Positions 24,199 through 36,100 of a DNA stretch of 64,000 nucleotides are shown here, piece by piece. The first letter of the stretch is position 1. Every line of letters starts with the position of its first letter. The position numbers and the translations under genes are program-made. The notes below the pieces were generated by a model. It saw nothing but the letters and a program-made list of their open reading frames with translations. It was not told where the DNA came from and did no database searches. Origin of the DNA: Microthyrium microscopicum (lineage: Eukaryota); contig MU004231.1 of the NCBI GenBank assembly GCA_010405405.1, positions 4,328,884 through 4,392,883 on the forward strand, given 5' to 3'.

Positions 24199-27100
24199 TT
24201 AGAAAGCCACTCTCGTCCGCAGGTCCTAGAGACTAATTAGCAACTTGAAACAAAGCAGGTCAATTTGACGTACCGATATCTTCCGTTCGACTTCACGACG
24301 ATCCCGTTCCACTTCTCCAGAAACGCGTTCCTGAAGGGTACTATCCAGTCGTAAGAATCGCTCGCACAAATCCCCGTCGATAGCGCCCTTGACTGGGACG
24401 TAGTACCCTCGGTAGATAAGGTGATCTCGACCAGCCAGCGGCGGGTCTTCATTACGCATCTGCGTCTCCAGACTCTGAAAGAAATCGACATCTTCTCTGC
24501 TCACAAATGGAATGAGAATGCCAATGGTGCCTTGCAAACCGCCCCAGAGAATTACATCTCGGCCACCGGGCACCAACGAGGCCTTACCTACGCTGGTGGG
24601 AATATCCTGGCAGAAGAAATTGACGAGAGATTCTAGACGGCCGGGTGTACCGCCTAGGTAACCTTTCTCGTGTACCAAGTGAGCGCCAGAACCTTCCTCG
24701 TCCGCTTGGTCGGATACTTTGGAGGGACAGCGAACCATCCAGAGATTGCCAAACTTGTCGCCGCCTGCTGTCGTTTCGTAGTCTACCATGGTAGTGGTAG
24801 TCGTCCATCGAGCGATAGTGTCGTCGACAAAAGGAATCAGGTTTCGGTCTTGATACTTGTACACCAAATAAGTGACTGATTGTTGGACGTCAGCGCAAAC
24901 AATACGCGAGCCTTGAGTTTGCAAGTCTACGATGAGGTTTGGTACCGCATCGAGTGCCTGAGCTTTCCGAAGTAGTTGCCGCATGCCCAAGTCGTATATG
25001 CGTAAATCTTTGCCCACTCCAGCCAGTACTTGACCTTGGAAGCCGAGCAAAGCTCGCGGGGGGGATTCGACCTTTGTCTTGTGAATGAACTCCAAGCCTC
25101 GACCATCTTCGTCGAATCGATAGACGTGAATGAATCCGCATTCAGCTGAAGCAGGACTAGGTATCATATCTTTACCAGTACCGACAAGTAGGAAAGTTTC
25201 GTCATCCTGGCTGGAGAATTGGACTGCAGCAACGCTTACGGCAGCTTCATTGTCTTCCAAGTGAATGGTTGCGAGAACCGATTTCGTATCTATTGGATCC
25301 ACAACCTGGATACATGATGCCCAATGGCCCTTGGCTTTAGCATGTCCGAATTGTTCCGGAGGTAGGGGTGAGGCGTCACCATTCATAAGACTTGGATCGT
25401 TGAGTAGCTTGTCTTTTGTGAATTTTGACATGGTGTTGGGATCGGATTCTATAACATAAAACAGAGGCTCTTTTGGATGCTTTACGAATGCTCGTGGCGT
25501 ATGTTCCAGAGGGACTGATTCTCGAAGCATATTGTTTGACAGTTGATCGATCGTGAAAATCCTATACCAGTTAGAAATGAGTGCGACCAAAAGAATGCCT
25601 CAAGGAAGATAGATGTGTTGCTTTTCAGTAGGAACAATTGGAAAAATAAAAGGTTCTTCAATGTTTTTCAGATAACCGTTCTCATCATTTGCAAGTGCTT
25701 GTGAATGGAAAATGGGTGTGACGTACCTCAAATGATTATTTTCGATTCCAACCATACCTTCAGGGCACTGTTCGCTGGTGAAGCTCCAGCCGTATTGGAG
25801 AGGGTCATAGTTGAGTGGTGTGAGTGTGAAGGCTCGAGTCTCTTGATTTGAATAACCAAGCCAAGGGCGAGTGCTTAGTGCCAGCACGGCAGTTTGTTTT
25901 TTAACAAGGACTTGGAACAGCTTCACTGGCTTAGGACCCAGGAATCGAGTTCGTGTGTCTACCAGGTCACCGGTAATATCGTCCAATACTGTTCGAAGGT
26001 ATACACCAGAATACAGTCCGATATGTAAATATAGAGTTGATACTCCAGATGCATCATCCATGGCCATAATCTTGAGAGCTGACGGAGCTGACGATAACGC
26101 CTGTACTGATTTGCTTTCAAGAGTGGAATCTGGATCAACACTGAGAACTCGTACCGTTGAATCGTCACAGCCAATAGCAAGGAACGAACTTCGTTGTCGG
26201 CCGGCTGGGACTTCGCCGAGACTCAGACAAGTTACTGTTCCACTCATTTCACGTCTCTCGTCATATTCGGCTAATGTGCCGTCCACGTCCAATTCGAAGT
26301 AAACGATTTCACCAGAACTTAGCGCAATGGCGACTTGTCTCTCGTTTGTAGTGGCCGCTACAATGGTTCGATGCTGAGGAGCAGGCCACTCGTTAATCTT
26401 CCCTCCTGCTTGGATATGTCGGATGCCTTTGGGGTATATTTGAACTATTGCATCCTCGCCCATTTGCTGAACAGCTATTGTGGGAGTCGAGGATAAGAAG
26501 CCAGTGTCTGTTACTTCCTCGACAGTCTCTCCAATGCTTAGAACAAGAGTCCCGTTGGAAAAGGACAGGATGATGTAAGCATCGAATTCATCATCTTTGG
26601 TGAGCTTGGTAGTCCAAACTGCAGATGGCGTACTTGGTAGATCACTTTCGACAATTTCTGAAACCTCCAAACCATGCCGTAAAGTTTTGAACGAACTTCG
26701 AGCACCAGTACCGCAGATTGCGTATATTTGTGGTGAATCATCCTCCAGTAGGTTGATGGCTTTCATGGCTACTAACGGATTCATTGAATCGACGCTTTCC
26801 ACCAATGCCAGATTTTCAAGTGGGCGCGGCTTGAAGTAAGCAGGTTCCCAAGCCTCAATATAGTCATCGCTTGAAAATTCAACCTCCTCGTCGTCGTCTC
26901 CAAGCTTTTCAAACTGGTAAAAGTGGTGGTTGCCACTTTCTGCGGCCACAAATAGGAAACCGCTTTTTAGAATGCAGAGGCCAGATGCTGGAGGGACTGT
27001 GTCGAAGTATTTGATTCGAAGTTGGCTCACTTCGCCGGTAGGTTGTTCGTCTGGACCTTCCACCATGTCAATCATGACTTTGAACAAGTCGCCGTCTTCT

Positions 27101-28181
27101 GTCTGTAAGAGGAAAAAGAATGTGCCTCTCATTTTATGCATCACGCCGCCAATTATGTATCGTTTTCGCTGAGGATCTTCCGTCGCGCCTCGTCTTCGCG
27201 GAACTGGTACACGGAACGTGCCTTGATTGGAGTGTCGGTACGTGATGTTCTCTTCTCCACATACGAGGACGCCGCTGGGCCCATCAGCGCCACCGGGGAC
27301 CTGGAACAGTATGTTGGAAGTTCTCTCAACCGTGTCAGTCCATTTGCGGACAACATGATTAAGACCAAGATCGAGTTCGTAGTATACTAGCTGCTTCTCA
27401 ATGTTCTCAAAAGCCTCGCCTGTAGGATCTTGATCGGAGTCACTGAAGTCGATTTCTAGAGCAGCGAATATCGGGTTCTCGTAACCGACATCTAGAGCAA
27501 TCATAGCCATCACCAGGGTTTGTGGTTTGTGTGCTTCGAGAGGAGAGGATATGGTGAGTTCGGCTTGAGCATTTCGGTTGAGCACATAAACGAGCTTGTT
27601 CTTCTCGACAGACGCAATCATACATGCGCGACCTTTCGGATCTGCGGCTAAGTACTGGCCAGGGATTACTCGACGTACTCCAGACTTTCCGAATGTTTCG
27701 AGATGAAGTCGACTCCATTTGTTTTGCGCTGGGTGGTACTCAACAATTGCGATTCGACCCGAGTCAGAAGATATGATCAGGTAGTCTATAGAGGTTCAGC
27801 AAGAATTCAATAAAATCCATCCTTTTCCGACCGGATTTTCAAGATATCGTTGGCAGTCGGCGGGGTGCGGGTTGCGCTGCACAGCATGCTTGAAAAATCA
27901 CTAATTGCCAGCAGTGGGGGAGACGTCAAGAACATACCTTTATTACTTCCAGCAATCTTGAATGCTGCGAGGCCTCTTATGATGCCGAATACATCGTGCG
28001 ATAGTATTGGGGTGATTTTTCCTTGTTGTGCATCGGCGCGGTGCAGAGTGAGGCGGGAGCCGCAAGCGGTGACTATTTGCTGCTCTTTGGTACCAGAGAA
28101 CTGGCCGAGTATTGCTTGTGATATGGCAGAGGGAGGTTGAATTGTAAGCGAGTACATGAACATAGAAGATGTCGTCGCCAT
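24199..28181 (-). CDS. RSE1: Splicing factor SF3b subunit 3 (Rse1/SAP130)
   Basis: [62 protein letters not shown], final exon DLRTRVAF*; introns 27786-27937, 25562-25726, ~24226-24272. Confidence 0.98.
25614..25696 (-). ncRNA. Intronic box C/D snoRNA, predicted guide for 18S rRNA 2'-O-methylation (yeast Am541 site, snR41-like)
   Basis: C box ATGATGA (25688-25682), D' CTGA (25671-25668), C'-like TTGAAGA, D CTGA (25628-25625), TTGC/GCAA terminal stem; 13-nt TCCAATTGTTCCT complementary to 18S AGGAACAAUUGGA. Confidence 0.85.
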
Positions 28182-28548
28182 TTCGAAGGCGGGTGGCCGT
28201 CAAGCCTTGCGAGAGATGGAGTGTGATGAGATGCAGCAAGACTGAAAGGGTGTGCGACACAGGGGTTTCAGTGTAAGAGGGTTATCGTACGGCGGCTTGG
28301 TGGTACCGTGATGGTGTTGTTGCCTTGGTGGAATAGCGAGTATTAGGAGTGGTAGAGGATTTGTCTGGTGCTCCGAAGTGAAGTTGATGCAAAGAAAGTT
28401 CGAGGAAGCTTGGGCGGCAAAATCGAGTCCTGATTGGCTCTCCACTTTTCGACTCTTGGATCGATCAACGACTCCAAAAAGATGGCCATACTCACTGCAA
28501 CTCTAACTTAGACCTCAATTCTGGCCGCAATGTCTACCTGCTAGCAAA

Positions 28549-30107
28549 ATGTCGACCAAATATACCTGTATTCGGTGCTTACATGCACTCCGCACCTCAT
28601 CACGGCCTACCGCTCCCTTATGGCGACCCATTTCCATACGTCTCTCATCCACGACGTCAACACCAAAGTCGCATCAAGCTACGCCTGCAGCAGCAAAGCG
28701 TCAAATATCAACTTTTCAAGAAACGACACCTGAATACGACTTTGATTATCCTGGAAAGGCAGCTTCTCTAAAGCGTCGCGCTGATGGCAAATCTGACGTC
28801 TCTCGACTGATCATCGGCCAAAATGATCTATTCCATCCACTTTCCGAGTCTCCTATACCCGCAATGCGCCAACGTGCTGCCTTTATGAAAGCTCACGCGT
28901 ACTGTCCACATCCAGAGCATAATCGGACCCGTATCGCTTTATCTGAAGAAGACCCAGAACGGCGCAAGCCCACCAACGGCGGTGTTCCACCAGCACATGT
29001 ACGGTTCGAATGTCCTCATTGCGGAGTACCATCCTTCTGCTCCGAAGAGCATTGGGCAGATGACTACGAAGAGCATATGAAGATATGTGACACTTTAAGA
29101 GAGATCAATGAGGACGACCATGATCTACGAAGTGGTCGGTACTTTGAGGAATATGATTTCCCAGATCGGTACCTAGAAGAAGCCGCTGTGAATTTCACCA
29201 ATTGGGACACTCTACTTTTTACTCGAGGATTTGAAGCAATAGATCAAGAAAGATCGCTGCGGCACACAACTCGTCTACTGACGTATCCATATACGATTGG
29301 TAGTATTCTACACGAATACAGTCCTTATGGTCTCCGCAACAGGATGACTCCAGAAGGATTGCGGAGTTTTACTGGTAAGTAGTTATAACCAATTTGATCA
29401 GGCTTCTTGCTAATCATATTACAGCTCTACGTTACACACTTCATCCTCCCAAGCCTGGTGATGGTCCTGCCATGAAACAAATCAAGCCAATACCACCACC
29501 CGTCCGCATCTTTGTCGTCGGCGCACGAGCCGAATCTTCATTACCACGCAATGTTTGGGAACAACTGGCATATCTTTATCGGGACGTTACATTTCACGTC
29601 ATCATGATTGGTCCAGAGTCCATGACAAATCGCGATGACGAGTTTCCGCTACCAGATCGAACTATGCGGAACCCTTTCGGAGCCGTCATCGAGGATCAAT
29701 TTTCTCGAGAAATGAAGATATCGACTTATGTTGATTACTTCCACACTCTGCATGAGGCTCGTCATTTCACTCCCTACGATCCCTACTTCGACTGCTTCGT
29801 GCTCTTTCACCCTGGTCTTGGTCACCCAGCTTCATCACACGAATGGGAGAAGACAGTTCCGCAACTGCTAGAAACGAAATGCCCAGTCATCGTCACTGGC
29901 TACACCGAATTTGATATGCAGCGAGATATTGACTGGATGCAGAAGCAGGTTGGAAAAGAGATGGATATACTACTTGAGCCTGGCCAGAACGAATTTCGTA
30001 GCCTCAAGTGGGACATGAACGATCTGGATCCTCAAGATATCAGTGCTGGTAACTGGGGTGTTTGGGCATTCAGGGGCAAGCGTTATGAGGCACAAACACG
30101 AGGATAG
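28549..30107 (+). CDS. MSS51: Mitochondrial COX1 translation/assembly factor Mss51
   Basis: Mitochondrial presequence, LFHPLSESPIP, CPHCGVPSFCSEEHW zinc finger, REINEDDHDLRSGR, IFVVGARAES, FHPGLGHP, NWGVWAFRGKRY; intron ~29375-29424. Confidence 0.93.
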
Positions 30108-30371
30108 ATCTTAATCATCCTTTTACTTCAACACTTCCCAGTGCTTCTGAATGTGATGCTAACACCAATTCCTTTTGATATGAATACCACAGTCATAGAC
30201 ATCCAGCATATATCTAACTCTGCAGCAGACATCCACCTCGATGTCAACACTTTTCAAATGATACTTATTACTCGTACCTTGTCAGTACTGTCCACATTTC
30301 AAACATAACTCTCTCCTCTTATCTGCAATCCTCTCTGTATCACAGACTGTTGAACAGCCCATATTGCAACC

Positions 30372-31427
30372 ATGCCCCCGAAGAAGAAAGTCAAGCTCAC
30401 AAACCTAGCCCTCAAAGATGCCAGTGCTGCGCAAAGAAGAGATCAAGCGGACAGGAACTTAACAAACCGATTAGCGGGTCTACCAAGCGAACGTCAGAAA
30501 CGGGCAGAAAAACGTAATCAGATTCGAAAGTACATGAAAATAAGTCAGCTAGCCAAAAGTTCTGCCACGATGGAAGAGGCCAAAGTCACACAGAACAATG
30601 AGCAGAAGGTCTTCGTCGAATCATCAGTTTCACAATCTAGCATACTGGCTGGCGTTCATGATGAACTTGTTGCTCGAGAGAGCAACTTGAGGTCTATCAG
30701 TCCTTATGGAGGTGATGGATCCGTTGCTTCAACCGGCCTGGTGTCAACGCTGCAAACAGTATATGAAGACCGACATGAAGTTGAAGTAATGAGACTACCA
30801 AAGCCCAAACCACCAGAAATATTGCGTGGTTTAAGACGTACAAGTCTGCATGGAGAGAATGGATCAGAATCATCAGATGTGTCGAGCAGTCGAGCTTCCT
30901 CACCGTTACAGCTGTGTGGCGACGACGATGATGTTCCATGTATGAGTTCTCCTGAGCCGGATTCGCAGCAGGATGACAGTGGCTCTATGACTTCTGTTTC
31001 ATCTCGAGGCAGCTCAGTCATCGTGCTTTCATCTCAAGCTAGTTCGGATGATGGCAACAGGGCAAGTGGCCAGGCTGTGATCAATACAACTTCGCATGCT
31101 AGAATCGAGAACCCGGTGCGGCAACGCAAAAAGAGTAAGTTCTCAACTGCCATCTGAGTAGAAGCTGTTAACCTTGTCTCGTGTGCAGGTTGCGGAGTCA
31201 AGATAACCAGAACGGGAATGACTAGGCTGGGAGCACCAGTTCCAACACCATGTCTCGAACAGAATTGCCTGACTTGTCCAGAATTCTGGCCAGGTTCTTA
31301 TCATCGTCGATATCACAAGTACAATAATAGCATCAAAATGAGCTCCAACTGTCCTTGTCAGGCTTGTCTCTGGCACTGTCACTCGCCTCATTACACTACA
31401 GGCAAAGATCTCAGTACAAGTAGATAA
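30372..31427 (+). CDS. Hypothetical protein with N-terminal NLS-like motif and Cys/His-rich C-terminal exon
   Basis: MPPKKKVK start; GTAAGT...TTAAC...CAG intron 31135-31188 joins ORF 30372 in frame to ORF 31218-31427. Confidence 0.65.
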
Positions 31428-31549
31428 CATAGCGAGACGAGAGGCTTTGCTCTGAGTATAGGCTTTTGCAGCGGCACATCACGAGCACCGTTTCTCCACG
31501 CCGCTCCACTCGAAACATATCGAACGCAGGTAATTTAATGGAAATGCTT

Positions 31550-32710
31550 CTACTTTTGATTTAGAGTATTGACAAAGCCTTTCGGGGGACTTGCCCACGC
31601 GTAATCAGCCCATTCTTTCAGTATCGCCCGAACTTCTTCTGCTAGCATTTCCACCGCGTGCCGTCGATTGAGGCTCCATTCATGAGCTCTTTCCCATCTC
31701 CCAGCCCGATCAGCATGAGCCTGCCCTCCCTCTAGACCATCAAGTATGCTATGCCAAACCAACATCGTCTTCTCCAACTCATCATGACGACTGACCCCGA
31801 TAACACTAACCCCTAACCTGCTCTCCTGCCCTTCCAATGTCGTCGCACTACCTCTCGTATGATCCTCACCAGGCCTTCCATACGACCCAACCTCACCACC
31901 GACCTTCAACCACGACTCAATCCCCCATCGAATCGCAACAACCTCCAACTTTTCCCCATGATCCTCACAAAACTCCGCCGCCTTCGCCACCACCGCTCTC
32001 AGTCCCTCCGGCGCAGGATGCCAATCCCCCTGACTCCCCACCGGCGCACCACCCGCCCGTAGCAATCCCATGCCCAACACCGACGCATTCGGCACAACCT
32101 GCACGCCCGCCTTCTTCAACCTCTCCAGCCCCACGCTCGCCAACCGCTCACTTTGAACCGTGTAGTTCGCATAACTCATCACGATATCCAGCGGTTCGCC
32201 TGTCTCTTTCAACACCAACTCCGCCATTTCGCAGAGCCTTTCCACTGGATACCCCGACACCCCCACAAACTTGATCACCCCCTCATTTCTAAGCTCGCGT
32301 AATGCGCGTATCGCCTCAAGCACTTCAGCGCCACTGACGAATTCGACGTCGTGGCAGTACACTACGTCTAGGAAATCTGTGTGTAGACGCTCGCAGGATC
32401 GTTTCACGCTAGCTTTCACGCTGGCTGCGCTGTAATCGAAGGAATCGCCAGCTATGCGGCCGACTTTCGTGAGCAATAGGTAGCTGTTCCGGGGATACTC
32501 TGTGCGGGCGGCAGCGAGGCCTTCGCCTAGGAGTGTTTCGGCGGGTCCATAGTAAGGGGAAGTGTCAAAGGCGCGGATCCCATGGTCGAGGGCAGCGCGG
32601 ACGAGGCCAGTGGTGTCGAGAGCGTAGGGGTCCTTGTTGTATTGGGAGGTGAATGTTGCGGTGCCGAATATTAGGGGTGGGAGGAGAGCCTTTAGAGGTT
32701 GTTTGGCCAT
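31550..32710 (-). CDS. Aldo-keto reductase (L-galactose/D-arabinose dehydrogenase-like)
   Basis: LIFGTA, GIRAFDTSPYYG, LLTKVGR, SCERLHTDFLDVVYCHDVEF, VGVSGYP. Confidence 0.92.
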   Translation of the reverse strand: MAKQPLKALLPPLIFGTATFTSQYNKDPYALDTTGLVRAALDHGIRAFDTSPYYGPAETLLGEGLAAARTEYPRNSYLLLTKVGRIAGDSFDYSAASVKASVKRSCERLHTDFLDVVYCHDVEFVSGAEVLEAIRALRELRNEGVIKFVGVSGYPVERLCEMAELVLKETGEPLDIVMSYANYTVQSERLASVGLERLKKAGVQVVPNASVLGMGLLRAGGAPVGSQGDWHPAPEGLRAVVAKAAEFCEDHGEKLEVVAIRWGIESWLKVGGEVGSYGRPGEDHTRGSATTLEGQESRLGVSVIGVSRHDELEKTMLVWHSILDGLEGGQAHADRAGRWERAHEWSLNRRHAVEMLAEEVRAILKEWADYAWASPPKGFVNTLNQK

Positions 32711-33129
32711 GGCTTGATGTATTGGACTTGACGATGTTGTATGATGATAGTATCAATAGAGGTGGATGTTCTGGTTGGTGATGCTGATTGTGAATATGAT
32801 AATCAATCTATGATGCGTTGGTTAGGCCATCACGTCATTGACATATACATTCTTGGTGATACACAAGCTCGTAAGTTTGTTTGTAAGAATAGTTTGGTTA
32901 TGAGTGGGATATTGTACCTCAGTGACATTTCGATGTCGAACTGGTGCTGGTTCCTGGATGATGATCCTTGTTGAGTGCTTTGGATCCGATGGCGGAAGCT
33001 GGTTGGGAGCTCCCGCATATATCCGATGGTTGAGATCCTACTTCACTCGAACACCAGAAGAAATACTCAAGTGAATGAATAGCATATTCTAATGAAAAAT
33101 TTAAGCGGATGACACAGTAGTGTAAGTCC

Positions 33130-36100
33130 TTACAAAAAAGCGCACCAGCCCACATACATCGCCATTAGGTTTCTTGGATCCACCGCCATACGAATAAGCG
33201 CGTCCACATAACCCTCTACACTCATAGGCACCGTCTCGCCCTTGAACATGCAATTGAACTTTGACTTGACGTTTGACAAAATCTCCGCTGGTGTCTCTGG
33301 CACACCCGGTATCCTCGGCCTCTTAGCGCCTATGAAATCCGTCGTGGGATCGTAGATGAATGACTCCATGATGGTCATCAACGTGTCTTCATACTGCTTG
33401 AGAATGCGCTGGGTCGTTTCAGCTGCTTTGCGGAAGGGTCCTTCGTAGCCGTACACGCCAAAGGCATCGACCATGTTGTGTGTTAGTCTGAAGGGAACGA
33501 GCTCAGGCTTGTCGAAAGTAAGACCTTTTTCGAACAAGCAGTTGAAATCGACGTGGAAAACACCACCGGAGCCTTGCTCGATAGAGATGTTCTCGCCATG
33601 TCGATCGCCGAGACCTAGTGCAGAGCCGACGATGCTCATGACAGCACAGGAGCGTGTGTAGCGAAGACGTGCATCGAACCAAGTCTCGGGTTCGAGGAAA
33701 GTTTCTAAAAACCATTTATACAGCTGAGGCGGGTACATTGGCAGAACCTTGTCCGTGAAAACTGTATGTCCGTCGAGTTTGTTGGTGAGTGCTTTATCCA
33801 TCATGCTTTTGACTCCATTATAGTCTACCCTAATACCATCACGACTCAAGAGGCCAGTGATGATATCTCTGAGAGCCTTGAGTCCGTCCACCCATTCCAG
33901 CACACCATGTTCATCGTTTAAAGTCGTTACAGCGTATGTTTTGATGTATAATTTGCGTTTGGCTGCATCAATGTCTCGTTTCAATGCTCGATCAATCATT
34001 AAGTTGAACTCCATCAGACGTTGATCTTTGCGCAGATCATCTTTGGGTTTGCATAGAATAGGATATGTGTTGCCATCAGCACCACGAATGACAAGCTTTC
34101 GAGGCTTTTGTAACGAGCTGAGCACCAAAACCTGGTCTTCGAAGCCATTGATGGTAATTCCTTCATGTGGGAACGGGGTATTTTTCCGCATGGCATGTAC
34201 TCCTGGAACACTGGCCAGTGTAGCTTGCAGCGTCTTCCGAAATGGAATGACAAGTCCACATGCGTCATCTAGTGAGCGTCTGAATTTCAGCTGTTTGGAA
34301 AGGCTGACATAGGCCGTTTTGTTATCCACGCCCACCTGGCAAACCTCCAGTAAGCATTCGGTCAGGAATTCTGCAGAGCGCGCAAGCTCTTTGAGAGAGC
34401 CGGATTCAAATGGGCGTTGCTATAAAGAGTTAGTGGTTGTCTATTCCCACAATGATGGCATGACTTACGATTACAGCGCTAAGAATCTGTCGACCAGATC
34501 GGCTCTTTTCGTCGCTGCTAGATCTTGAGACTGACAGCAGACTCCAAAGACTTTGGCGCGGATGATTTTGAACAACGTGAACAATGATTTCGGCTAGTAA
34601 TTTAGAAGTTTGTGGGTGAGGGTTATTGATACGGCTCAGCAATTGGGCGAAAGCAGTGTAAGTTATGTAACTAGGTGTTCGTTTGAGCAAGTATTTCTCG
34701 ATCTGAGAATTCATCTGAGCAAGGCGTTCCTGTCTCTCGTGGAAAAAGTTGTCGATCGCGGCTTTCGCAGTCTTACGGCGACCATGTGCCTGTTGTGCTT
34801 GTAGTTGAGCTTGCTGGTCCTGAGCAAAATCGAGCCACAAGGTAAGGACCTTTGGAAGTGTTCGGTAGAGATATTTTGGACCGAAGAGCATGGATCTCAG
34901 GTAATTGTCAATGGTCAGCTTGGTACACTCGCCGTTCAGGTACGTCACTGTCTGTCTGTTCTCTGGGGCTGCCTTTTCGGAATCTAGAATCTTGTTGTAA
35001 TAGGCTCCAAGGAAATAGTGACCCTTGTCCCACTTATTATATGTATCAGTAGATGCCTTGTAGAACGCCAGGACATCATTTGACTTTTCTTGGCCGCTGA
35101 TGCCGGTCCATTTGGCCAGAAGTAATTGTGTTTTCGCAAGAAGCACGTTCTCGTTAGAACTGCGATTCTTAGAAACTGTAGTGACGGTCACAGAGTCTGC
35201 AATATTAGGTTGTGCATAGGTCACGAAACTGCCATCAGCGATTGCATGTTGCAGCTGCTGAATGGCTTTTCGATAAGATCCGCTCTTCCAAAGTAGGCGA
35301 GCAGTCTCAATGTAAGAAGCAGGATCACCCAACATCGCGGCTCTCATAACGGAGTCGTACGCTGCGTCCATTCGGTTGGCTTTGCGGGCTAGTCGAGAGC
35401 TTACGAGCCACTCCGTAGCAATCTCCCGATTACTGAAGTTAAAGCTGGCCCACGTCAGTTACAGGGAAGAGCACCAATGATAAAACTTACTTCGAGAGAG
35501 ACATTGCAGCTCGTCTGACTGCAAGAATGTAGGCTTTGTCCTCGGTGAATGATCCTACAATGTCCAGTCTTCCTCTTAAACTCTGCAGGATGGCAGTCGT
35601 GTCTGTCGTTATGGTGCCATAGCCGCTGAGATACTCCAATTCATGGACAGCGTGTAATTTTATGAGTAGCGCGTGTGCGCTTGATAATGAAGCGGTGTTG
35701 GTGTGGGACATGGCTTTTGAGATATTGGATCTGGTCTCGGAAATGATCGATAGAAACTTGGTTTGATCTTCTTGCCGAAGAGCTACAAGTGCCTTACCAA
35801 GACAAAGATCAAAATCTGATGAGGAAGCAATTTGATCTTCTGCGAGAATACTGGCAAGCTTATCCCAATTATTGATAGTCCAAGCAGCTTCTACTGCAAA
35901 TGGTGCTGCCAGTATCGGAGCATCCGAGGAAAGTGACTTGAACATGTCATAAGAGTTCAACAAAGTGTCTAGTATGATAAGCAGGGGATCGGAAAGAACA
36001 AATGATGGACAGCTTACTGTATTGACCGGATGCTTTCAGGCAGCAGAGAAGGTCCAGTTGAAGATCAGTATCCTCTGGATACTCACGAACAGCCAAGTCA

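Noticed and set aside
30150..30200. GTGATGC plus CAATTCCTTT (10-nt complement of 18S AAAGGAAUUG) suggesting a second C/D snoRNA
   Set aside because: No CTGA D box at the correct distance after the putative guide; a 10-nt match can arise by chance
31837..32274. 145-aa Pro-rich antisense ORF over the aldo-keto reductase
   Set aside because: Mirror of G-rich codon usage on the coding strand
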